The notes under the pieces were generated by a model. That model was not told the origin of the DNA. It did no database searches and saw only the letters and a list, made by a program, of their open reading frames with translations. Positions 21,601 to 30,288 of a DNA stretch of 64,000 nucleotides are shown here, in pieces; within the stretch, counting starts at the first letter, position 1; each line of letters opens with the position of its first letter. The stretch lies in NCBI GenBank assembly GCA_015485355.1, contig WFTQ01000065.1, positions 17,391-81,390 on the forward strand. Direction: 5' to 3'. Both the position numbers and the translations under genes were made by a program. The DNA comes from a bacterium. Its GTDB lineage: Bacteria; Calditrichota; Calditrichia; RBG-13-44-9; J042.

Positions 21601-21973
21601 AAATGAACATGCCCTCCCGGGGTTGGGTTCGCTCGGTGATCAGGCGATCGAATTTGGCATCCTCAGGCGACAGGAAAAGAGCGCTGGTATGGGATTGAAT
21701 CTTGACCAGTGGATGTTCCGGGTGTAGCCAGGTAGCCCGTTTGCGGGATTCCGGAAAGGCGTAGACCAGAGAATATCCCTCCCGTTCGGGATGATTTTTT
21801 AAGTAACGGTCGTGGATCCAGATACTCGCAAAGGTGAAATTTTTTCGGGAAAGCAGCGATTTAATGAAACGATCGCAATTTTCGGTGATGTCTTTGGATT
21901 GACCGATGGCCAAGGATAATTCGTACAATAAAGATAAATCTCTAATAAACTGCGCCTGGTCTATCTGTTTCAT
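18623..21973 (-). CDS. Cytoplasmic multi-PAS hybrid sensor histidine kinase/response regulator
   Basis: Four PAS/PAC units, GGIAHDFNNLL (HisKA), NARDAM, DTGIG, FFTTK, GTGLGL, REC domain with LLLTDVVMP. Confidence 0.93.
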   Translation of the reverse strand: MKQIDQAQFIRDLSLLYELSLAIGQSKDITENCDRFIKSLLSRKNFTFASIWIHDRYLKNHPEREGYSLVYAFPESRKRATWLHPEHPLVKIQSHTSALFLSPEDAKFDRLITERTQPREGMFIFRLGEIGFLKLYCPPNRIPYHQHTLRQLRNVLVKFAHSLEGNLAQARLIEEIRERQRMEGELRHLSTFLNTLMNTLTEGILVEDKSKRIIYINNAFRHIFELLRDEETIIGQPLKDLRDHLRRQFKNPRIFARPQSHNGSPMPVGVEIHLTSGKILEQYLVPIDENSETIYYMWKFRDITIFKQIEKELKNYQKHLEKLVSRRTRELETSNRKLKAEVQERRQIEKSLRESEEKFRRLIELSPNGIMIIDLQGHIQMCSPAMLKILDADSEAQILGRNFQEFLAPESRPHCQECFQKVLESPSEIKRVDSIMISLNHRKVHVETDAAYFEWQGKPSVQVVVRDVSERIQTAEEMKRLYSAIQQTDDHIFITDRNGIIEYVNSSVEKCTGYRKEEIIGKTPAIFKSGRHPDSFFKKMWQEILSGNTFSAVFVNRAKNGALYFEEKTITPIRNSRGEITHFVSTGRDITERIQAEERLKESEERFRRFFEQDLTGDFIATPRGRIQFCNPAFARMLGFDTVKAAARANFREFYPNPEQWSELVRRLKKEKKLEQIEVQLNRRDGRPIHIIENVIGIFDRRGRLRGIQGYLFDVTEHKKLEEQLRQSQKMEAIGQLAGGIAHDFNNLLTVINGYCELLLTQLPPDDPAYNKIQMIQNAGEKAASLTSQLLAFSRRQVMKPEVVNLNRLITGLLRMLRRLIRENIDIETCLAGDLGNTKIDPMQMEQVLVNLVVNARDAMPQGGKIIIETQNVWLDENYTRTHFDIKEGPYVMLAVSDTGIGMSKEIQDHIFEPFFTTKEKGKGTGLGLSTVYGIIKQSNGYILVYSEPGQGTTFKIYLPRIMETAPLPTSRKSTISTLMGNETILIVEDEEMVRQLAITILKDHGYRVLAAQNGEEALEIGQHYKGPIDLLLTDVVMPSINGPELGRSLKQKHPRLKIIFMSGYTDNTIQYHLQSTEGALFIQKPFSSQKLLQTIRKLLEDKPKAKVRGKSSNPR

Positions 21974-23084
21974 AAAATTGTCCTATCACAATGGTTTTAT
22001 TGAACAGCTCCAGGTAGAGATGACCGGAGGAGGCGATTTCTCCGAGCGTCAGTATGCCCTTGACAGGCAAAGGGATTTCCGGGTGTACCTGGGACGCCAC
22101 GGCCTGGAGTTCCTGTTGAAACGCCTTTTCCAGAAAAAGAACGCGGGAGATGCAGTCGGCCATCAGCACTTCTCGAAACGCCAGCGGTGCAACATCGTTC
22201 GCCCGACGGGCCGCTTGACGAGCCGCGGCGATGAGCTTTTCGGGATCGCCCCGCAAAATGTACAGTGCCGTGTTTTCCGGTACGTCCCCCACACAAATTA
22301 AACCGCCTTCCTCCGTCACCGCTATGGGGTCCCGAACAATGTCCTCTTCCCCTTCTTTATAAATACCGAAGGGATATTGCTTGGCAACGGCGAAGAAATT
22401 TTCCCGCCTAAAGGGTGTCTGACAATCCCCCTCAACGATGGATCGGTACAGATCGAAAGCGTTCTGCCAATTCAATTCTTTGATCGTGTTTCCGTCGGTT
22501 TTCGTGGCCACTATCGGGCCGTACAGGCGTTCCCAACCGTGGCTCACACCAATATGGCTCTCCCAGGGTGTAAAAACCATCACGGCCGCGTCCTGAAATA
22601 TACCTGCGGAGGTAAACACACAGGGTTGCTGTTTCAGGCGGATCGAGCCGGCACCCCCACCAAAATAATTGAACGAATATCCCCCCAATTGGTGGTAAAC
22701 AGCGGTTAAAAACTCCCGAATATGCGGACTCAGCCCATCCACCAGAACAATACAGGAACGAAACGTGCGATTAATTTTATCCAGAAGTGGTTGCCAGATT
22801 TCCATACGGGAGTTCGAGGCGGAAAGAGGGAATAACAAAGGCGGATGCGAGGCCGGAAGCTTGAGGACCAGTATGCCGGATGAATAATGGCGGGCATGGT
22901 ACACAATACCCGGAAAAACGCCGCCCATGAAGGTGATGGATTGGTGATTGAGGTGCTGAATGAGCTTGTTCAGGTCAAGATCGGTATTTTCGGCCACAAA
23001 AAACAGCAAAATATCCTGTTCCGTGGGCGCCAATCGTTCTATTGCCAGCTGAATGTGTTTGATGTCGTTTGACCTGACCAGCAT
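21942..23084 (-). CDS. FIST N/C domain sensory protein
   Basis: GGVFPG, FGGGAG, VSHGW, IVRDP, DCISR and GILTLGEIA motifs; overlaps the kinase start. Confidence 0.88.
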   Translation of the reverse strand: MLVRSNDIKHIQLAIERLAPTEQDILLFFVAENTDLDLNKLIQHLNHQSITFMGGVFPGIVYHARHYSSGILVLKLPASHPPLLFPLSASNSRMEIWQPLLDKINRTFRSCIVLVDGLSPHIREFLTAVYHQLGGYSFNYFGGGAGSIRLKQQPCVFTSAGIFQDAAVMVFTPWESHIGVSHGWERLYGPIVATKTDGNTIKELNWQNAFDLYRSIVEGDCQTPFRRENFFAVAKQYPFGIYKEGEEDIVRDPIAVTEEGGLICVGDVPENTALYILRGDPEKLIAAARQAARRANDVAPLAFREVLMADCISRVLFLEKAFQQELQAVASQVHPEIPLPVKGILTLGEIASSGHLYLELFNKTIVIGQFYETDRPGAVY

Positions 23085-23422
23085 TTGGAATTCCCTATCG
23101 TTTGGGGAACCTTGTTTCAGCCCGCAGAGGATTATGCAGAAACGAAAACCGGCGTGCTGTGTCTCCGGTACTTCTTCTTAAATCGTTCATTCTTGTTCTA
23201 AAATGCCATCGGGTTTGCCCATCCCTTGCCCATGGTCCGATCCCTCGAATACGGAGAAAATACGAAATTTTCAAATTCTTCTTCGAATTTTTAATATTCG
23301 ATATCTATGAAAAGAACTTTATTCTTTTTCAGTTAAGTATCGGAAAAAGGTGTACGGAACTTAACCCCGGTTGGATATTGGGGGGTGGACAGCGACAAAG
23401 AGAAACGTCCCTCATCGGTAGG

Positions 23423-23446
23423 CGGCCCGGCTCCCCGGCCGGGCCG
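23423..23446. terminator. GC-rich hairpin downstream of DUF5916-type gene
   Basis: CGGCCCGGC-TCCCCG-GCCGGGCCG 9-bp stem; no clear U-tract. Confidence 0.35.
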
Positions 23447-23492
23447 GTGACCATTCTCGGGAAATGTAGGCCGTGGATGCCAAATTGGGTGT

Positions 23493-26135
23493 TTATACCG
23501 GGAACCAGTAACTGATTTTTACCAGAAAAATGTTGTCTGGATACACCTGAAACAGCCCCTGAAAATCGTCGGCCGTGGAAAAGGTTCCTGTGGGCAAAAA
23601 ACCGGTGCGATCTTGGGACCAAACCAGATACAGGATGGAGCCCGGAACGTACTCCCACCGAATAACCAGATTGGAACGGAATTGGCGGAAATTGAAATCC
23701 GGGTTCCAGAAGGCGTAGTCGGCTTTTCCGTCCTGATTTTCGTCTACCCGATAAACGTTTTGTTTGCCGTCGTAGAAGAGTTCCTTGTCGGAGAATTGGC
23801 GAAATCGATCCCGATAGGAGAGGGCCCGTGGATGGGTGATGCGTTTTAAGTGGGTGTATTTCCCGGCGGAAACAAAGGGTTGTCCGTAGTATTGAATGGA
23901 GAGGTTGGGTGTCAGGCTCAGGTTGAACCGTAGCACCATGCCCAGGGTGTTTTGTTCGATGCGGCCAAAAAGATAGCGCGGCCGATCGCCGGTGTACACC
24001 GTGGTGATGTATTGCAGGTCATCCCGATTGTATGAATAAAACGGCCGTAGTTGAATTTGCAGGTACGATGTGGGCCGCCAGGTCATCCGGAGCCGATATC
24101 CTTTACGAAAAGAGGGATGGCCAATGCCGAAACCGATGTTGCCGCCGAAGTTGGCGTACAGCCTTTTTCGATTATCGGTGGAGAGGCGATACCATACATT
24201 TACCCATCCCGGAAGCCGCATCGAAGGCCCTCCCCGCAATTCGGTCGTGGAAATGCCCTCGCGTTCAAGGCCGATGCCTCCGCCCACACTCCACAAATTG
24301 GTGAATTGGACCCATCCGTTGATGTTTCCGCCGGTGTTCAATTTTTCGAAGCTGAAATCCCACACGTTCCACTGATTGACATTGAAATTGAAGGTTCGGA
24401 AGATGGATACCGGGGTCCACCACTGATATCCGATCCACAAGAAATGGACGATTTGATCGGCCCGACGTAAATACCCCATATCGTTGAGTTCCAGTCCCGG
24501 TGAGCGCCAGATGGTCCCGCTCACCAGTCGCCAGTGACCCCCTCCGACCTTCCCCAGCAGGAGGGCACCGCCATGGCCGTTCATCCGCGTGGCCGTGGAA
24601 TCCAACCGCAGGTGCGGAGCATCCGGGCGCTGAAAATAATGGGCCGAAGACCGCTGAATCTGTAAGATGGCTGCAGGATCGCCCGCAATGTGGCTCATGG
24701 TGGCCTTCAGATTCAACATGAGAGTCCGGTTTTTCCAGAATTTAATCATGTCTATCCCGGCGGCGTAAGCCCGCCGGTTCAGAAATTTCAAATGGTCGGC
24801 GGTGATCCGGCGATGGGTGGCGGTTACAATGCCGCCAATAATAAAATTGCCCTGATCATAATCTTTCTGGATGCGTCCCAGAAAGTAATTCGTGAGCGGT
24901 TCCACCATTATGCGACGGCGGTTACCGGCGGAATCGATGGCCGCGTATTCTTCGGCGGTGACCGCTTCCAACACCCCCACGGATAGCCCTTTTTCGGTTT
25001 TACCGGTCACTTTCAGTGCGGCCAGAATGGAGGTATTATCCGGTTGCTTGGCGAACTCTCCTGGACGCAGGCGGGGGTGGTATTGGGGGGGACGACCGAT
25101 GCGGCGGGAATAAAATAATCCCTCCCGGGCCAACGGCCCCTCGCCGAAACCCAGGGAAAATTCCAGGATGTTTTTCCCTTCAATAAAGAAAGGGCGTTTC
25201 TCTTCATAGAAGGTTTCGAATGCGGTTAAATTCACCACCGAGGGGTCGGCCTCCACCTGCCCAAAATCCGGATTGAGGGTAAAGTCCAGGTTCATGTTGC
25301 TGGTCAACCCCACTTTACCGTCCAGGCCCCCGGAAGCGCTTTGCAGTCGTCCCGGCGCAAAAGGGTTCCCGGTCTCTTTCCTAAAGGCGTGTAACTTCCC
25401 CACGGTATAGGGGAGCAGTTCGATCCGGCGGCGGGGTTGAATCCCTTTTAAACCGTGCAACTCCCCGAAATAGGGGATAGGTATGGAGGCATCCTGAGGG
25501 ATAAATGACCATGCGGAGAGTTCCTTGTTTCGATACAATTGACGAAAGACGTTTAAACCCCAGATCTGCTTGGGCCGACTGCTGAAACGCAACTGGCTGA
25601 AGGGGATTTTCATTTCTGCCGTCCATCCGGAATCGTCGACGGTGACCGCTGCCTCCCAAACCGGGTCCCAGGAATCATCCCGGGTGGTTCCCCCGTTGGA
25701 CCAAACTTCATCCATGCGAACGCCGGCGGCGTTTACGCCGAATAGAAAGGCGGTGCGCTGGTCAAAATAGGTATCGAAGCAGATGGCCACCATGTCCGAA
25801 TTGTCCCCTTCGTCCCGCCGGGTAACCTGCCCCACGATGTTCTCTGCCTGACGGTCCCGGGCCCGGATCAGCACGTACAGGTTTTTCGTGTCGTATACAA
25901 TTTTAAAAAGGGTGGTTTCGGAAGGGGCGGCCTTTTCGTTGGGCGCCATTTGGATGAACCGCCGTCCGGTGGGCGCCTTTGCCCAGATGGGATCATCCAT
26001 CCGCCCATCGATGACGGGGGGATGCGGATTGGTGGGAATGGCCCGGTAAATCTTTTTGGTGTCCGCCATGCCCGAAACGATGAACCCGAAAAAGGTGCTG
26101 AAAATGAAAACAGCGTGCCAAATCGTCTTGCTCAT
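23493..26135 (-). CDS. CBM9-like/DUF5916-type outer-membrane protein
   Basis: SD GGAGGT before ATG 26135, signal peptide, PVIDGRMDD, WTAEMKIPFSQLRF, NPDFGQVEAD, EKRPFFIEG, FYSRRIG, NLVIRWEYVPGS. Confidence 0.85.
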   Translation of the reverse strand: MSKTIWHAVFIFSTFFGFIVSGMADTKKIYRAIPTNPHPPVIDGRMDDPIWAKAPTGRRFIQMAPNEKAAPSETTLFKIVYDTKNLYVLIRARDRQAENIVGQVTRRDEGDNSDMVAICFDTYFDQRTAFLFGVNAAGVRMDEVWSNGGTTRDDSWDPVWEAAVTVDDSGWTAEMKIPFSQLRFSSRPKQIWGLNVFRQLYRNKELSAWSFIPQDASIPIPYFGELHGLKGIQPRRRIELLPYTVGKLHAFRKETGNPFAPGRLQSASGGLDGKVGLTSNMNLDFTLNPDFGQVEADPSVVNLTAFETFYEEKRPFFIEGKNILEFSLGFGEGPLAREGLFYSRRIGRPPQYHPRLRPGEFAKQPDNTSILAALKVTGKTEKGLSVGVLEAVTAEEYAAIDSAGNRRRIMVEPLTNYFLGRIQKDYDQGNFIIGGIVTATHRRITADHLKFLNRRAYAAGIDMIKFWKNRTLMLNLKATMSHIAGDPAAILQIQRSSAHYFQRPDAPHLRLDSTATRMNGHGGALLLGKVGGGHWRLVSGTIWRSPGLELNDMGYLRRADQIVHFLWIGYQWWTPVSIFRTFNFNVNQWNVWDFSFEKLNTGGNINGWVQFTNLWSVGGGIGLEREGISTTELRGGPSMRLPGWVNVWYRLSTDNRKRLYANFGGNIGFGIGHPSFRKGYRLRMTWRPTSYLQIQLRPFYSYNRDDLQYITTVYTGDRPRYLFGRIEQNTLGMVLRFNLSLTPNLSIQYYGQPFVSAGKYTHLKRITHPRALSYRDRFRQFSDKELFYDGKQNVYRVDENQDGKADYAFWNPDFNFRQFRSNLVIRWEYVPGSILYLVWSQDRTGFLPTGTFSTADDFQGLFQVYPDNIFLVKISYWFPV

Positions 26136-26221
26136 TGTGCACCTCCCTTTCCTGACCCGAAAGATGCCTACGGAAATTGGAATGGGGTGTTCCAGGGCAA
26201 AATAACCTAAAATTCCTGATC

Positions 26222-26251
26222 TTGTTTTTTTAGAGTGGAGCATTGTAATTT
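26222..26251 (+). promoter_or_regulatory. Putative promoter giving a leaderless asparaginase mRNA
   Basis: TTGTTT-N18-TAATTT ending 6 nt before the ATG; no SD. Confidence 0.45.
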
Positions 26252-26257
26252 CTTCTC

Positions 26258-27271
26258 ATGAAGACACGAAAGCGGATTCTGATTATGCATACGGGGGGCA
26301 CTTTCGGGATGGTGCCGATGCCCCCGAATCAGCTGCTGGCGCCGGATGAGGTGGCGTCGCACATCTTAACTCATGTACCCGAACTGGAGAAGCTGGCGCA
26401 CATTACGGTGCAGTGTGTTTTTAATCTGGACAGCGCCGACATCCAGATCGATCATTGGCAGCGGTTGGCCCGCATGGTTGCCGAACATCTGGACGACTAT
26501 GACGGTTTTGTCATTATACACGGAACCGATTCCATGGTCTACACGGCGGCGGCACTGTCCTTTATGTTGCGGAATCTACCGCGCCCGGTCATTCTTACGG
26601 GTTCGCAGCGGCCCCTGGCCGCCATCCGCACCGACGCTCGTACCAATCTCATCAACTCCGTGGAGTTGGCCACCCATTCCATTCCTGAAGTGGCCATCTT
26701 TTTCGGCACCCGCCTGTACCGGGGCAATCGTACGGTCAAAAACTCCAGTATTCATTATGATGCCTTTCAGAGTCCCAATTACCCACCCCTGGCGGAAGTG
26801 GGTATCGACGTGCATGTCTTCGATCATCACCGGCGATGCCAGGGGGGCTTTCAGTTGCGGGAGGCCATATCCCCCGCCGTCCTGGCGGTACGCTACTTCC
26901 CGGGATTGTTGCCGGAATATTTGGAGTATGTGGCCGGTTTACCGGTGAAGGCGGTGGTGCTGGAAGCATTGGGTTTGGGACATACGGCCGTGAAATCCCA
27001 ATCGCTGGTTCCTTGGATCAAGGGCCTGAGGGAAGCGGGGAAATTGGTGGTCATTACCTCGCAGAGTCGCCATGGAAGAGTCGATCTAAGCCGTTATGAA
27101 AATGGTCTTCGGTTGCGGCAAGCGGGTGCGGTGGGAGCCGGGGATATGACCACCGAGGCCGCCATCGTTAAACTGATGCACCTGTTGGGCCAGGGGTACG
27201 ACACGCCCGAAATCCTGGGCCGACGATTGCGGGAAGACCTGGCAGGGGAAATTACAACGGACCATGGATAA
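26258..27271 (+). CDS. ansA: L-asparaginase type I (cytoplasmic)
   Basis: HTGGTFGM, HGTDSM, ILTGSQ, DMTTEAAIVKL, LAGE. Confidence 0.9.
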   Translation: MKTRKRILIMHTGGTFGMVPMPPNQLLAPDEVASHILTHVPELEKLAHITVQCVFNLDSADIQIDHWQRLARMVAEHLDDYDGFVIIHGTDSMVYTAAALSFMLRNLPRPVILTGSQRPLAAIRTDARTNLINSVELATHSIPEVAIFFGTRLYRGNRTVKNSSIHYDAFQSPNYPPLAEVGIDVHVFDHHRRCQGGFQLREAISPAVLAVRYFPGLLPEYLEYVAGLPVKAVVLEALGLGHTAVKSQSLVPWIKGLREAGKLVVITSQSRHGRVDLSRYENGLRLRQAGAVGAGDMTTEAAIVKLMHLLGQGYDTPEILGRRLREDLAGEITTDHG

Positions 27272-27325
27272 GGAAGGCTTCAACTCCTTCCCGATATCCG
27301 GGGCCCAAATTGAAGTAAAAATTAT

Positions 27326-27354
27326 TTGATTTTTTCTATTGAAAGCTGTATCAT
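27326..27354 (+). promoter_or_regulatory. Putative promoter of the 27410 gene
   Basis: TTGATT-N17-TATCAT. Confidence 0.45.
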
Positions 27355-27409
27355 TGATCCGAGGAGGTTCACGTAACTTCTTACTGGTCAATTAACAATG
27401 GAGGGTGTA

Positions 27410-27847
27410 ATGGGTAAACGTCTGGGATACCGTGTTTTTGTTGGAGCGTTAACACTGGTGTTAGCGTTGTCTTTGTTGGTCATGCCGTTGGCATCCGATT
27501 TAGTGGCGGCCAATGCTTTACCGCAGGCCGATGCTCAGCAGGCTTGTGTCGATGCGGAAGCTCAAGCTACCCAGGACATCAACGGCACGACCTGGTTTTT
27601 AATTGGATGTATTATCGGGGTGTGGGGATATATTGTAGCCATTGCGTTGGAATCCAACCCGCCTTCTGCCGCACTGGTGGGGCAGTCCCCGGAATATGTG
27701 GCCGCTTATACAGATTGCTATAAACGGAAGGCCAAAGAAATTAAAAGCAAGAACGCGTTATACGGGTGTTTGGCGGGGACGGGAGCGACTTGTTTATTGT
27801 ATTTCTTGTTGTTTGCCGCCGCAAGCGGTGCGGAATCGACCTATTAA
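27410..27847 (+). CDS. Hypothetical exported protein with hydrophobic helices and Cys residues
   Basis: SD GGAGGG, signal peptide, WFLIGC, GQSPEYVAAYTDCY and ALYGC segments. Confidence 0.75.
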   Translation: MGKRLGYRVFVGALTLVLALSLLVMPLASDLVAANALPQADAQQACVDAEAQATQDINGTTWFLIGCIIGVWGYIVAIALESNPPSAALVGQSPEYVAAYTDCYKRKAKEIKSKNALYGCLAGTGATCLLYFLLFAAASGAESTY

Positions 27848-27915
27848 CGAGCCAGCTTCCCGAAACACAGATCAGGCATTTAGGGGGTCAGGGTTGTCCA
27901 AAGAAATAATTACAT

Positions 27916-27944
27916 TTGTTTCTCGGGCAACCCTGATTTAATTT
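27916..27944 (+). promoter_or_regulatory. Putative promoter of the LolA-like gene
   Basis: TTGTTT-N17-TAATTT. Confidence 0.4.
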
Positions 27945-27974
27945 ATGCCTCGCATGAACAGAGGCGTCACATTG

Positions 27975-28715
27975 ATGAAACGTTTTGTCCGGCCTATTCA
28001 CAAGGCAGCCGTTTTTTTATTGATAATCCCCCTCTGGAGTTGGGGACAAACTCCAGATTTTACCGCGGTAGCCTCTCCGCCTTATCAAACGCTGCAAGGG
28101 AATTTTCAAAAGGTCAATGACCGGGACGGACAAGTGGATTCTTCCAGCGGGATTTTCTTTGTCAAAAAAATGGATTATATGTACCTGGAAGTCACCCATC
28201 CCATTCACCAGATCATGGTCATCGAAGGCAATGTGACTCTGGTATATTACCCGGAGCGGAAACTGGCCTACCGCATTACAAGTAAAAATCCCGCCATGTT
28301 GCCTTTCGTTCCCAAACTCATTGCCGCTTTGCGGTCGGAAATCGGTTTCGATAATCTGGGTTTGAAGCTGGAAAAACAAGAATTGCTGGGCGATACGCTT
28401 ATCAGTTACTGGATTTCCCCGGATCCGGAAAAGAATATCGGCCGGTATCAAATGATTCAGGTAAACGATCAACCGGTTCAGATTTTCTACACTACCCCCG
28501 ACAGCCTGTTTGCCAGTAAACTCGTTTTTCAGAATTATCGCCCGGTCGGGGATCTAATTCTCCCGCATAAAATCGTTTCCGAGAGCGTCTCTACGCGAGG
28601 GGTAACCATCGAAAAGGTATACTTTTCCCAATTGAAAAAAGATGTACCGCTGCCGACCCGCGTGGTCCGCTTCGATCTCCCGGACGATGTTGCTGTGGAA
28701 GAAAAGGAGTGGTGA
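27975..28715 (+). CDS. LolA-like periplasmic carrier protein
   Basis: Signal peptide; TLQGNFQK..SGIFFVKK..HPIHQIMVIEGNVTLVYYPE LolA-type N-terminus; FDLPDDVAV C-terminus. Confidence 0.7.
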   Translation: MKRFVRPIHKAAVFLLIIPLWSWGQTPDFTAVASPPYQTLQGNFQKVNDRDGQVDSSSGIFFVKKMDYMYLEVTHPIHQIMVIEGNVTLVYYPERKLAYRITSKNPAMLPFVPKLIAALRSEIGFDNLGLKLEKQELLGDTLISYWISPDPEKNIGRYQMIQVNDQPVQIFYTTPDSLFASKLVFQNYRPVGDLILPHKIVSESVSTRGVTIEKVYFSQLKKDVPLPTRVVRFDLPDDVAVEEKEW

Positions 28716-28889
28716 TGGTGGTCAGACGCCGCCGTGGAGGCATTACGGCGACCCCAACCCGGAGCCGGAAAGACCTTTACACGAATGGACGTGTTCATCC
28801 CGTGGGCATGTGTTTGCAGGAGCAAACCTGCCGGGGTATGGCCTGACGGGGTGTAAGTCGAGAACGAAAAGATGCTTTGGAGCGGCCGA

Positions 28890-29384
28890 GTGATCCGAAC
28901 AAGGTTACATCGGGAATGGTGTTTTGGCATGGGTCTGGTTGTGGTCTTCTTTGCGGCGGGGGAATCGGCCGAAGCGCAGACGGTCCGGAAAGCGTTTTTG
29001 CATACTCTGCACGCCTTTCAGGCCGAAAAGGTGCAAGCCGCTTCCGTGGGAAGGGTGAGCGAAGATTTCTGGCAAAAATCGGAACCGGCGCAACTCATGC
29101 TGGGGATGATTACCCTCTATCAGCAATTGATTGCTTCGCAGGATGCTCCCGCCTGTAATTTTACGCCCAGTTGTTCCCGCTTTGGTCAGGCGGCCTTGGC
29201 CAGGGCAGGATTGGTGAAGGGATTGCTATTGACCTCCGATCGCTTGCAACGGTGCAATGGATTGCCGGGAAGAGAACGGTTTTATCCGGTCGATCATTCC
29301 ACCCACCGATTTTACGATCCGATTGACGTGTATTTAACCTTAACCCCAGCCAAGGAAAAGGGTAGTCATGATCATTCCCATTAA
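28890..29384 (+). CDS. YidD-like protein with N-terminal signal peptide
   Basis: LYQQLIAS..CNFTPSCSRFG..GLVKGLLLTSDRLQRC and YDP; GTG start after GGAG (start uncertain). Confidence 0.8.
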   Translation: MIRTRLHREWCFGMGLVVVFFAAGESAEAQTVRKAFLHTLHAFQAEKVQAASVGRVSEDFWQKSEPAQLMLGMITLYQQLIASQDAPACNFTPSCSRFGQAALARAGLVKGLLLTSDRLQRCNGLPGRERFYPVDHSTHRFYDPIDVYLTLTPAKEKGSHDHSH

Positions 29385-30288
29385 GCGAGTGGGTTTGTGG
29401 ATGGGCCTGGTTGTGCTTCTGGGAGGACAAGGGATTTCGGCACCGGGCGATTCTTCCCGCATTAGCCGGGCCGATTCGGTCTATACCCCCGAATATTTCT
29501 TAAAATTTGGACAATTTCTCTGGGAGCAAAGGGATTATTCCCGGGCCGCTACGGAGTTTGAGCGCTATGTTTTTTTAAACCCCCATCGAAAGTTGCCGCG
29601 GTTACGCTACCGGATCGGGTTATGTTATTATCGCCTGGGAGAGCTGGAACGGGCCCTCCGCTATTTTCAGGAGGCCTTTCAGTTGGGAAATGCTCCCTCT
29701 TTGAAGGATTCCAGCCGCTTGGCAATGGCGGCGGTATATTTGCGGCGTGGGGAAAATGGAGCCTTGCTGAGTCTGTTGTCGGAAAACGGAGCCCGGGTGA
29801 GTCGTTCCGAAATCCGCCGGCGCCTCCATTTATTTCGGGCGTTTTATTTCCTCCAGATGGGGGATTGGAACCTTGCCGCGCATTCGGTTCCCGATACGGC
29901 CGGGGTGTCCTCCCGGGAGTTTGCCCTGGCAGTGCGGAGAATCCGGGACCTGGCCCGAAAAGGACGGGAGTTACCGTATAAATCCCCTGTTAAGGCGGCG
30001 CTGTTGTCCGGACTGTTGCCCGGGGGCGGCCGATTTTATCTCGGCCGGAAACAAGACGGTTTCTATTCCCTGTTGCTCATCACCGGTAGCGCCCTGCTCA
30101 GCTACCGGGGGTATCGCAATCATGGCCCTGCCCATTTCCAAACGATATTTTTCGGGTCCACCGCGGCCCTGTTGTATCTGGGGAACATCTACGGCTCGGC
30201 TGTGGCCGCCCGGCTACACAATCGGCAGATTGAGGAAAGATTGTGGAATGAAATTGATGAAGAAATGCTTCGCTGGACTGATCTATAG
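29368..30288 (+). CDS. TPR protein with C-terminal membrane segments
   Basis: Signal peptide, DYSRAATEFERYVF TPR, KSPVKAALLSGLLPGGGRFYLG, YLGNIYGS. Confidence 0.8.
   Translation: MIIPIKRVGLWMGLVVLLGGQGISAPGDSSRISRADSVYTPEYFLKFGQFLWEQRDYSRAATEFERYVFLNPHRKLPRLRYRIGLCYYRLGELERALRYFQEAFQLGNAPSLKDSSRLAMAAVYLRRGENGALLSLLSENGARVSRSEIRRRLHLFRAFYFLQMGDWNLAAHSVPDTAGVSSREFALAVRRIRDLARKGRELPYKSPVKAALLSGLLPGGGRFYLGRKQDGFYSLLLITGSALLSYRGYRNHGPAHFQTIFFGSTAALLYLGNIYGSAVAARLHNRQIEERLWNEIDEEMLRWTDL

Noticed and set aside
29873-30256. N-terminal extension of the second TPR ORF
   Set aside because: Overlaps the upstream gene out of frame; the signal peptide begins at 30257
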